64,000 nucleotides of DNA. It comes from Methanolobus sp. GTDB taxonomy: Archaea; Halobacteriota; Methanosarcinia; Methanosarcinales; Methanosarcinaceae. A program made the position numbers and the translations under genes. The DNA lies in the NCBI GenBank assembly GCA_030154025.1, contig JASKKT010000002.1, positions 4,958-68,957 on the forward strand. The letters are read 5' to 3'. Shown piece by piece: positions 35,845 through 44,226 of the stretch (position 1 is its first letter; each line of letters starts with the position of its first letter). The notes below the pieces were generated by a model. It did not search any database. It saw only the letters and a list, made by a program, of their open reading frames with translations, and was not told the DNA's origin.

Positions 35845-35942
35845 GAGTGACATGAAAGAACAAATGATGAGTCCCTAAGCCTGCTTTCCTCGCAGCCGTC
35901 CTTTTCCTGAGAATGAGGAACAGGTAGATACAGGTGTCCTGA

Positions 35943-37100
35943 ATGAGGTATGAACTCTTCATAGCACTTCGGCATATAAAGGCACGAAAGCGGCAGACCA
36001 TCCTCTCGGTTGCAGCCATCGGGATAGCAGTTATGATCCTTATGGTCTCCCAGGCTTTTATGGCAGGGTTCACACAGGAGATATATCAGACCACAGTTGC
36101 CAACCTGCCACATGTTGTTGTATCACCCCAGGAAGGCGAAGACTACATACACCTCTATGGGAACATCGTCAGGGAAGTCAACAGCATAGAGGGCGTGGTG
36201 GCTTCCTCCCCATACCTTATAGGTGAGGCTTCTTTCCGGTACAGGGACAAGACCGCGAATGCAGCACTAAAGGGAGTCGTACCCCCGGAGGAGGAAGCAG
36301 TAGCACATGTGAGCAAGGACGTGATAGAAGGTGATTTTGAAGAGCTTGCATACTCAAGAAGGGGGATCGTGATAGGCGATGATCTCGCCCGCAGGCTTGG
36401 ACTGCAGATGGGAGACAGTGTGGAAGTATCTTTCCCCAATGCGAACACACTATCCCTGAGGGTTATAGCTATTTACGATACTGGCACGCCTGCAGATGAA
36501 AGCCTGATATATACATCCCTTGGGACGGCACAGGATTTCTACGGCACTGCAGACGTCATCAACGGCATTTCACTGAGGCTGGCGGACTTCAATCAAGACA
36601 GGGAAGTAGCTTCCATCATAAGGGAAGAAGGTTACAGGGCAGATGGCTGGACCCAGAACAATCCGGAGATACTGCAGACCCTGGCAATAGAGAGATCCTC
36701 CAACCAGGTCACCCTGGGATTCATACTCCTTATTGCATCTTTCGGGGTCGTGAGCACCCTGAACATGGTGGTCATGAGCAAGCTGAAAGAGACAGGCATC
36801 CTGATGGCAATGGGAATGAGCAGGTCCGGGATAAGGCTTGTCTTCCTGCTTGAGAGCGGGATACTGGGACTTGCAGGTGCTGTACTGGGAGCCCTTGCAG
36901 GAACTGTCATAGCACTTTCGGTAGGCAGCTATCCTCTGCCTGAAGGAGTGTACGGTATCAGCTCGATACCTGTAATTGTACGTCCGACGGATGTTTTCCT
37001 GATCATAACCGTTGTCTTCCTGTTGAACCTCATAGCAGGCATCTACCCGGCACAGCGCGCAGCAAGCCTGGACCCTGTAAAGGCCATATCAACAAGGTGA
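35943..37100 (+). CDS. ABC transporter permease, LolC/E-like FtsX family (module C, second)
   Basis: 385 aa with a LolE-type N-terminus MRYELFIALRHIKARKRQT, ending GIYPAQRAASLDPVKAI. Confidence 0.85.
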   Translation: MRYELFIALRHIKARKRQTILSVAAIGIAVMILMVSQAFMAGFTQEIYQTTVANLPHVVVSPQEGEDYIHLYGNIVREVNSIEGVVASSPYLIGEASFRYRDKTANAALKGVVPPEEEAVAHVSKDVIEGDFEELAYSRRGIVIGDDLARRLGLQMGDSVEVSFPNANTLSLRVIAIYDTGTPADESLIYTSLGTAQDFYGTADVINGISLRLADFNQDREVASIIREEGYRADGWTQNNPEILQTLAIERSSNQVTLGFILLIASFGVVSTLNMVVMSKLKETGILMAMGMSRSGIRLVFLLESGILGLAGAVLGALAGTVIALSVGSYPLPEGVYGISSIPVIVRPTDVFLIITVVFLLNLIAGIYPAQRAASLDPVKAISTR

Positions 37101-37140
37101 CTGGCCACTCATTGAGCGTTCCGAAAGGAAACTTAAGAAC

Positions 37141-37560
37141 TTATTGACCACGCATGCCGGTCTCATAAAGTTCAATGCCCTCGAACCTGCACATGCATAA
37201 ACCTTTCCGGAAGAAGAGATAAACAACCGATTTGAACAGCGCATAGAGCCGGAAATAAAAAGAGAAAAAGGTCTTTGAGAAAAAGCCTTCCAGGTAGATT
37301 ATATGCTTGTCGTCCCGGAGGGAATCGTCAACGAACCTTACAATACCGTCAAAGCAGGATCTTTCCATGGTATCCCCCTGCCTCATGACAGGGCCAATGA
37401 TAATGACATCGATCTCCATTCCGTCCTCACTGACGCTGTCATCAATAAAGCCGTAATTGAATAGCGTGGGTATGGGAGAGATGAACTCTTTAATGAACTG
37501 TGAGCCTTCCTTGCGGTATTTTGAAAAGCTGTATTTTGGGGTCTCTACCACGATCCGCAT
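37141..37560 (-). CDS. Divergent family-I inorganic pyrophosphatase-like protein, probably catalytically impaired
   Basis: 139 aa. The VVETPKYSFSKYRKEG and NYGFIDDSVSEDGMEIDVIIIG blocks align by eye to the PPase EIPKGS.NKYE and YGFIP.T..DGDP.DVLV blocks, but with acidic residues replaced. The C-terminus is hydrophobic. Confidence 0.45.
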   Translation of the reverse strand: MRIVVETPKYSFSKYRKEGSQFIKEFISPIPTLFNYGFIDDSVSEDGMEIDVIIIGPVMRQGDTMERSCFDGIVRFVDDSLRDDKHIIYLEGFFSKTFFSFYFRLYALFKSVVYLFFRKGLCMCRFEGIELYETGMRGQ

Positions 37561-37787
37561 GGCATCCTATCTGTGCGCATTGTAGAAAAAACTAACATAG
37601 GAGACGAACGGGAACCAAAAAGAATTTAATGCACAGGTTGGTGGCACTTTTGTTGTGGAGAGGTACTGGATACCCGTTCGTGTATTCACAAACGACTGTG
37701 GGAAATATATACTTTTCGTATACATACGAACTGACTTTCCAGCATCAGGCCGGACAAATGAGAGAATTGTTGAAGGAAGCCTTAAGC

Positions 37788-39071
37788 TCATTCACTTTCA
37801 ATGGCTTCCACCGGGTCCAGCCGTGATGCCCTCCTTGCAGGATACACACCTGCAACCACATTTATCACAAACGAGAACACGATGGCGTAGAAAAAGTTAG
37901 ACGCCTCCAGCTTCAGTGGGAGGGTTGTCAGCCCGAAGTACATCTCACTGGGCAGGTCGATCTGGTAGCTGGAAAGCAGTACGGTTCCAAGGTATCCCAG
38001 AACGCAGCCCACCAGGACACCTATTGTGCCCAGGATCATTGATTCCAGCAGGAAGATGTTAGTTATATGCCTCCTCGAGGTGCCCATGGCCATCAGCATG
38101 CCTATTTCCCTGCGCTTTTCCATGACCACCGTGATAAGGGTATTCGCAACGCCAAAACCGGCTATCAGGTAGATGAGCCCGTAGTAAAGCCAGACCAGTA
38201 TTGCCTGGGTGTTTAGCAGTTCCAGTATCTGCCTGTTTGCCTCTATCCAGCTTACCGCATCAAGGCCTGTGGAGGATTCTATCGAAAGGGATATTTCTTC
38301 CGCCCGATAGGTGTCATTGGTGCGCACTTTGATGCTGCTTGCCACACCACTCTCCCCAAAGAGATCCTGGACAGAATCGAAGCGTGCATAGGCAAGGGTT
38401 TCATCCGCGGGGGTGCCTGTATGGAATATCCCCACAACCTTATATGAAGCAGGACCTGATGTGGGTATCACTGCAGATACCGTGTCGCCAACAACTACTC
38501 CAAGATCCTGAGCCAGCCTGTCACCAAGAACTATGCCATTGTTGCTTCTCGAAAGTACGGAGAAGTTCCCGGAAACGATATTCTCGTCAATTTGCATGAC
38601 AGCGTCCTCTGCAACGGGATCAATACCGTACAGCTCGACACCCTGTGCCTTATCCCTGTATTGCAGTGCGACCTGTCCTGTAAATACAGGCGACACTGCT
38701 GAAACGCCTTCAATGCCGAGTATCTGTTCAGAATAGTGCCTGTAGAAATGTACGTAGTCTGTTGTATCGTCCACGGGGCTTACAACAATATGGGCTGAGT
38801 TCTCTATGGTCATGGACATCAGCTCGTCCGTGAAACCTGACATCAGAGACATAAGCACAACGATCACGCCTATGGCAAGGGCTACCGCGAACACGGCAAA
38901 GAACGTAAGCCTTTTGCGTGCACTTATATGTCGGAGTGCTATGTCCAGTTCGTAAATATATCCCTCATTTTTATACCCGGTACTGGTACTTGGACCCCTG
39001 GATATAATTATATTTGCATCACGGAATTCCATAGCGACCAGAGCGCGGATAATAAGGCCATCCCGGTTCAC
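37788..39071 (-). CDS. ABC transporter permease, LolC/E-like FtsX family (no adjacent ATPase)
   Basis: 427 aa with the blocks YELDIALRHISARKR and GVYPARRASRLDPVEAIESE. The start is uncertain: a GTG at 39071 overlaps the lysE-like stop, and an ATG at 39032 is the alternative. Confidence 0.8.
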   Translation of the reverse strand: MNRDGLIIRALVAMEFRDANIIISRGPSTSTGYKNEGYIYELDIALRHISARKRLTFFAVFAVALAIGVIVVLMSLMSGFTDELMSMTIENSAHIVVSPVDDTTDYVHFYRHYSEQILGIEGVSAVSPVFTGQVALQYRDKAQGVELYGIDPVAEDAVMQIDENIVSGNFSVLSRSNNGIVLGDRLAQDLGVVVGDTVSAVIPTSGPASYKVVGIFHTGTPADETLAYARFDSVQDLFGESGVASSIKVRTNDTYRAEEISLSIESSTGLDAVSWIEANRQILELLNTQAILVWLYYGLIYLIAGFGVANTLITVVMEKRREIGMLMAMGTSRRHITNIFLLESMILGTIGVLVGCVLGYLGTVLLSSYQIDLPSEMYFGLTTLPLKLEASNFFYAIVFSFVINVVAGVYPARRASRLDPVEAIESE

Positions 39072-39694
39072 TTATGCGAGAACGCAAGTTCAAGACCTAT
39101 GAGTGCAAAGATGGCGGCTTTTGTGCGGTTCACATACCTGCCAATACCGGGTGTGTTCAAGAGCTTCAGGCCAATATGACCGGCGAACACGGAAACAAGG
39201 AAGAATATGAGCAGCGCCTGCACAAGGAATATGAAGCCCAGGAAAATCATCTGCAAAGGGACATTGCCTGCTCCGGTGTTCACGAACTGGGGCAGGAAGG
39301 CAAGGAAGAAAAGGGATACCTTGGGATTCAGCAGGTTCATGAAAATGCCTCGCTTGTAGAGAACTGAAGTGCCGTACTCTTTTGCAGACATGGAGGATAT
39401 GAAGCTGTCACCTTCACGGATGGCCTGGAATGCAAGGTACAGGAGGTACACGGCACCTGCATACTTGACGAGCGTGAATGCCAGGGCAGACTTATAGATA
39501 ATGGCGGAGACCCCCAGTGCGGCAGCCGTTGTATGGAACATCAGGCCCGTGCACAGGCCGCATGCTGTGGCAATGCCGGCCCCTTTGCCTGAAGAGATGC
39601 TTTGCGTCAGCACAAATATAATATCAGGACCGGGCAACAGTGTCAGGGCCGCCGAGGCTGCAATGAAGTATAGTAGCTGTGCCGGTTCTGTCAA
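39068..39694 (-). CDS. LysE/RhtB-family amino-acid exporter
   Basis: 208 aa with six TMs and the family N-terminus LTLLPGPDIIFVLTQSISSGKGAG. Confidence 0.85.
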   Translation of the reverse strand: MTEPAQLLYFIAASAALTLLPGPDIIFVLTQSISSGKGAGIATACGLCTGLMFHTTAAALGVSAIIYKSALAFTLVKYAGAVYLLYLAFQAIREGDSFISSMSAKEYGTSVLYKRGIFMNLLNPKVSLFFLAFLPQFVNTGAGNVPLQMIFLGFIFLVQALLIFFLVSVFAGHIGLKLLNTPGIGRYVNRTKAAIFALIGLELAFSHK

Positions 39695-39822
39695 GGTTCA
39701 CACTTCCATATTACATGACAAGGATCCGCTGCCGGTCCTGCCCGGATATATGAAGACGAAATGCTATAAATAAAGATTCCCATTATGGCTCTTAGACAAA
39801 GAGATATCAAGGAGGAGTTTTT

Positions 39823-41073
39823 ATCAAAGTACAGATACCTTACGGAAAAGAGTACGTCGACCTTGATGTAGGAATCCCCCACGAGGTCATTGCACCCAAT
39901 CAGGTGAGGGCAGGGGATGAGTCAGAGATCATCGATGCGGCTTTGAGGAATCCTGTGGGAACGGGATCCCTTGAGGATTTCGTGAAGAGCAGCCACAGGA
40001 TCCTGATACTGGTGAACGACGCTACAAGGCCGACACCCACCGCAAAGGTGCTCCTCAGGATGCGTGACCTGCTTAAAAGCCATAAAGATGTGCGATTCCT
40101 TGTTGCAACAGGTGCCCACAGGGGTCCGACGGAGGATGAGTTCCTGTATATCTTCGGGGAAATGTACAACGAGTTCAGGGACAGGATATTCGTGCACGAC
40201 GCACGCAGGGACGAGGACATGGAATATCTTGGAGTTTCCAGTAATGGCACCGAGATGTACCTCAACAGGATGGTCAGTGAGAGCAGGAACATCATAGTTA
40301 TCGGAAGTGTGGAGCCCCATTATTTTGCCGGCTATACGGGAGGAAGAAAGGCTTTCCTGCCAGGCGTGGCGTCATACCAGACCATCGAGATGAACCATAA
40401 ACACGCACTCTCCGATGCTGCACAACCCCTGGCCATCAGGGGGAACCCGGTTGCAGAGGACATGGACGATGCTATGGAAGTGCTCAAGGAGCTTAACATA
40501 TTCTCCATACAGACCGTCCTTACGGCAGACCATGGACTTTATGCCATGGTTGCAGGCGATCTTTTCAGGTCCTTCGATATTGCAGTGGAGAAGGCGAACG
40601 AAGTATTCTGTGCAAAATGCAGCAGGAAGGGAAGCATTGTGCTCACAGCAGCACCCTATCCTATGGATATTGACCTCTACCAGTCCCAGAAGGCACTGGA
40701 GAACGGCAAGCTGGCACTTGAGGATGGAGGGATTATCATCCTGGTATCAAAATGCAGGCAGGGAGTGGGTGATGATGCGTTCCTGAACCTGCTGTGTTCT
40801 GCAAACACATGCGAGGAAGTCATGTGTAAGATAGATGAAGGTTACAAGCTCGGGTACCATAAAGCTGCCAAGATGGCGCAGATCGGAGTGTATGCCGAGA
40901 TGTGGGCAGTGTCCGAGCTTGACGATGGAACCGTCAGGAAGGCAAAACTGCAGCCTTGCATGGATATCCAGGGAACCTTTGACAGGGCGGTTGCGAAAAT
41001 AAGGGAACAGGGGAAACAGCCATACGCAGTTATCCTGCCCCAGGGCAGCCTGACCGTTCCGCTCCTGAGATAA
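39823..41073 (+). CDS. LarA-like (DUF2088) nickel-pincer-dependent racemase/epimerase family protein; start codon unresolved
   Basis: LVNDATRPTP, GAHRGPT, PHYFAGYTGGRKAFLPG and QSQKALE blocks resemble LarA. The conserved N-terminal strand IKVQIPYGKEYVDLDV lies upstream of the first GTG (39904), in an open frame with no ATG, GTG or TTG. Confidence 0.7.
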   Translation: MKVQIPYGKEYVDLDVGIPHEVIAPNQVRAGDESEIIDAALRNPVGTGSLEDFVKSSHRILILVNDATRPTPTAKVLLRMRDLLKSHKDVRFLVATGAHRGPTEDEFLYIFGEMYNEFRDRIFVHDARRDEDMEYLGVSSNGTEMYLNRMVSESRNIIVIGSVEPHYFAGYTGGRKAFLPGVASYQTIEMNHKHALSDAAQPLAIRGNPVAEDMDDAMEVLKELNIFSIQTVLTADHGLYAMVAGDLFRSFDIAVEKANEVFCAKCSRKGSIVLTAAPYPMDIDLYQSQKALENGKLALEDGGIIILVSKCRQGVGDDAFLNLLCSANTCEEVMCKIDEGYKLGYHKAAKMAQIGVYAEMWAVSELDDGTVRKAKLQPCMDIQGTFDRAVAKIREQGKQPYAVILPQGSLTVPLLR

Positions 41074-41078
41074 AAGGG

Positions 41079-41091
41079 AAAAATAAAAAAA
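41079..41091 (-). terminator. Oligo-T terminator for enolase
   Basis: On the minus strand this reads T7-A-T5, starting 16 nt after the eno stop codon (41107). Confidence 0.45.
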
Positions 41092-41106
41092 TAGATTTAA
41101 AAGGGT

Positions 41107-42381
41107 TCAGAGCTGCATGTAACGTGCAGCTTCACCCAGATCTTCTTCTATGCGCAGGAGCTGGTTGTACTTTGCAGTCCTGTCGCTTCTTGCGGGCGCT
41201 CCTGTCTTGATAAGATCTGCAGTGAGGGCAACTGCGATGTCTGCAATCGTTGCGTCCTCGGTCTCTGCGGAGCGGTGGCTCACAACTACGCTGTAACCAT
41301 TGCGCACTGCCATGTTAGCCGCATCAAGGGCCTCGGATATCGTGCCTATCTGGTTGACCTTGAGCAGCAGGGCATTGCCTGCGCACATCTCTATACCCTT
41401 TGCAAGACGTGACACATTGGTCACGAAGAGGTCATCGCCCACTATTATTGTCTCCCATGCCTCTGTCGTGAGGGTTGCGAAGTCCTCGAAGGATTCCTCG
41501 TGGAAGGGGTCCTCGATGAGTATAATGGGATAAGTCTCGATGAGCTCCAGATAGTAGTCTATCATCTCTCCGGGCGTGAGCAACTTGCCGTCGATAGAAT
41601 AGTTCTGCCCGTCAAAGAATTCCGATGCCGCTGCATCAAGGCCGAGAGTTATCTCCGATTCTGTGTAGCCGGCCTCCTCGATGGCATGCACGAGGGCATC
41701 AAGGGCATCAGCGGTCATCTCAAGCGGAGGGGCATAGCCGCCCTCGTACCCGACATTGAGTGCAGATGCGCCGTATTTGGATTTGAGCACCTTGCCAAGT
41801 GCGTGATATGTCTCGACACCCATACGCAGGGCCTCGGAGTAAGTGTCGGCACCCTTTGGCTGGATCATGAACTCCTGGATGGAAAGGTCATTACCGGCAT
41901 GCTTTCCACCATTGATGACATTCATTGTGGGGACAGGAAGGGTATAGGCATTCACACCGCCAAGATACCTGTAAAGCGGCATGTTCAGGGAGTCAGCAGC
42001 GGCCTTTGCAACGGCCATGGAAACACCCAGGATCGCATTGGCGCCAAGCTCCATCTTGTTGTCGGTACCGTCAAGGGCGAGCATCAGCCCGTCAATCTCC
42101 CGCTGGTTCCTGACATCCATTCCCAGTAACTCGCTCTCGATGGTGGTTGCCACGTTGTCCACTGCATCAAGGACACCTTTGCCACCATAGCGGTCTTCCT
42201 TGTCGCGCAGCTCCAGAGCTTCATTGGTACCGGTAGAAGCACCGGATGGCACACTGGCCCTGCCGAAACCGCATGAAGTGCGAACATCCACTTCCACAGT
42301 CGGATTGCCTCTTGAATCCAGGATCTCACGTGCACGGATCTTCTCAATTCTATATTTATTATCCTCGCTAATATACGCCAT
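41107..42381 (-). CDS. eno: Enolase (phosphopyruvate hydratase)
   Basis: 424 aa from MAYISEDNKYRIEKIRAREILDSRGNPTVEVD, with an enolase signature region near the C-terminus (SHRSAETEDATIADIAV). Confidence 0.95.
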   Translation of the reverse strand: MAYISEDNKYRIEKIRAREILDSRGNPTVEVDVRTSCGFGRASVPSGASTGTNEALELRDKEDRYGGKGVLDAVDNVATTIESELLGMDVRNQREIDGLMLALDGTDNKMELGANAILGVSMAVAKAAADSLNMPLYRYLGGVNAYTLPVPTMNVINGGKHAGNDLSIQEFMIQPKGADTYSEALRMGVETYHALGKVLKSKYGASALNVGYEGGYAPPLEMTADALDALVHAIEEAGYTESEITLGLDAAASEFFDGQNYSIDGKLLTPGEMIDYYLELIETYPIILIEDPFHEESFEDFATLTTEAWETIIVGDDLFVTNVSRLAKGIEMCAGNALLLKVNQIGTISEALDAANMAVRNGYSVVVSHRSAETEDATIADIAVALTADLIKTGAPARSDRTAKYNQLLRIEEDLGEAARYMQL

Positions 42382-42529
42382 CCTATTCCACCTTTGGATT
42401 ATACATCTACTTCGCAATTACCGTATATATTGTTACCGTTCATTAGCAAGTTTTAGCATTCTTTGAGACTATCTTAAAACAATTATATCCAGGTAAATTA
42501 TATAAACATATAAGTATTATAGTCAATAA

Positions 42530-42916
42530 ATGAAATCTGATGATACTAGTAGTCTTTTAGAAGGAAAAGGTCACGAGATCATAGAGTTACTGCAGGGCCT
42601 GGATGTCCCCAGGACTGAAGCCATATGCATAGCATGCCTTGTCTGCGGTGAAGAACTCACATCCCAGAACATAGAGCAGGCTTCCGGCCTCAGGCAGCCT
42701 GAGGTCAGCATTGCCATGCGCCCCTTAAGGGAAAGGAAATGGATAGAGGAGCGCAATGAGAAGAAGAACAGCGACAAGGGCAGGCCGGTAAAATACTATA
42801 AGCTGGTGGTGCCTTTTGAGCAGATCGTCGAGACCTTTGAGAATAACATCCTGAGAAAGAACAAGGAAATCGCGGAAGCTCTTGAGCAGCTCAAGGAACT
42901 CAGCGCAAACAGCTGA
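42530..42916 (+). CDS. Winged-helix transcriptional regulator (ArsR/TrmB-like)
   Basis: 128 aa. The HTH LTSQNIEQASGLRQPEVSIAMRPLRERKWI is followed by a wing (KGRPVKYYKL) and a C-terminal coiled coil. Confidence 0.6.
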   Translation: MKSDDTSSLLEGKGHEIIELLQGLDVPRTEAICIACLVCGEELTSQNIEQASGLRQPEVSIAMRPLRERKWIEERNEKKNSDKGRPVKYYKLVVPFEQIVETFENNILRKNKEIAEALEQLKELSANS

Positions 42917-42932
42917 ACCGGACTAACTCCGG

Positions 42933-43373
42933 CTATTTCCTGAAAGCTACGGGTGCAAAACCCCTGTCAGCATCAAAAACCCTTTCTGCGCTGATTCCTG
43001 CAAGTTCAAGGATGAATACTTCTGAGACCATGAATATCTCACTTTTGCCCCTCAGACAGCCTACCTTGGATTCCGTTCCCCTGCCTGCCGCTGCGTGAAG
43101 ATGTATCTTAGGATTTCCGCCTTCTGAAAAGATGTTCCCTACACCAAGCACCTCATGGGCGTCCTGGAAACCTTCCCACTGCACCTCAGGAGGGACTTTG
43201 TTCTCCCTGGGTCCGACAACAAGGCTTGCCTCCCTGACCGCACCTAGCAGCAGGAACATAGCTGACATAATATCCTCATCCCTTGCAAGACCTTCCAGTT
43301 CACGCAGAAGGTCGTCACCGTGATCCAGCCGGACCGTGAAAACCCTGCCTATTGATCCTTTTACATATTCCAT
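42933..43373 (-). CDS. PPC/DUF296-domain protein
   Basis: 146 aa. VFTVRLDHGDDLLRELEGLARDEDIMSAMFLLLGAVREASLV matches the PPC domain pattern. Confidence 0.65.
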   Translation of the reverse strand: MEYVKGSIGRVFTVRLDHGDDLLRELEGLARDEDIMSAMFLLLGAVREASLVVGPRENKVPPEVQWEGFQDAHEVLGVGNIFSEGGNPKIHLHAAAGRGTESKVGCLRGKSEIFMVSEVFILELAGISAERVFDADRGFAPVAFRK

Positions 43374-43390
43374 GGGACCCTGAATGGAAT

Positions 43391-44074
43391 TTAATCCTCG
43401 TATATCTTTCCGTCAACGAGCCGTATTATGCGGTCCGTCTTCTTTGCCATCTTCTCATCATGGGTAACCAGGATGAATGTCTGCCCCTTGTCCTGATTCA
43501 GCTTCCTCAGCAGGTCATATATCATGTCACTTGACTTCGTATCCAGATTGCCGGTAGGCTCATCTCCTATGACTATGCCCGGATTGTTTGCAAGCGCCCT
43601 TGCAACCGAGACTCTCTGGGCCTGCCCTCCCGACAGCTGGCTTGGCAGATGATCCATCCTTTCGGCCAGTCCCACGTCCTCCAGGAGACCTGCAGCTATA
43701 TCTCTCGCAGCTTTCTTACCGGTGCCTGCAATCAGCAAAGGCATCATTACGTTTTCAAGGGCAGTAAAATCGGGCAGGAGGTGATGATACTGGAAAACAA
43801 AACCCAGTACTTCATTACGAGCTTTAGAACGCTCCTTTTCAGACATCTCAGTGACAACACGGCCATCTATTGTGATGGTTCCAGAACTGGGTGTGTCGAG
43901 TATGCCTATCATATGGAGAAGAGTGCTTTTCCCCGAACCGGAAGGACCTATTATGGAAAGGAACTCACCTCTTTTGATATCAAGGTCTATGCCGTCAAGG
44001 GCTCGCACTTCCACACCTCCCGGATAGACCTTCGAGAGGTTCCTTATCTCAATGATGATGGGTTCGTCATTCAT
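43391..44074 (-). CDS. ABC transporter ATP-binding protein, LolD-like (no adjacent permease)
   Basis: 227 aa with Walker A GPSGSGKST, LSGGQAQRVSVARAL and VIGDEPTGNLD. Confidence 0.9.
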   Translation of the reverse strand: MNDEPIIIEIRNLSKVYPGGVEVRALDGIDLDIKRGEFLSIIGPSGSGKSTLLHMIGILDTPSSGTITIDGRVVTEMSEKERSKARNEVLGFVFQYHHLLPDFTALENVMMPLLIAGTGKKAARDIAAGLLEDVGLAERMDHLPSQLSGGQAQRVSVARALANNPGIVIGDEPTGNLDTKSSDMIYDLLRKLNQDKGQTFILVTHDEKMAKKTDRIIRLVDGKIYED

Positions 44075-44226
44075 AAGCAGTCAGGAATTTAAGCTTACAT
44101 TTGAATTAAGAGTATTTGAAAGTATTTGACAATGGAACTGCGGAAAACAGAAATGAGAGAACAGGAATAAAAGAAAAAGTAGGAAGCCGCTACTCCTGCT
44201 GCTATTAAGGCACTTGGGAGACCCGT

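Noticed and set aside
42382-42417. A 12-codon N-terminal extension of enolase
   Set aside because: Enolases start at the MAYISE.../...IRAREILDSRG block, and the extension (MRSRCIIQRWNR) is not family-like.
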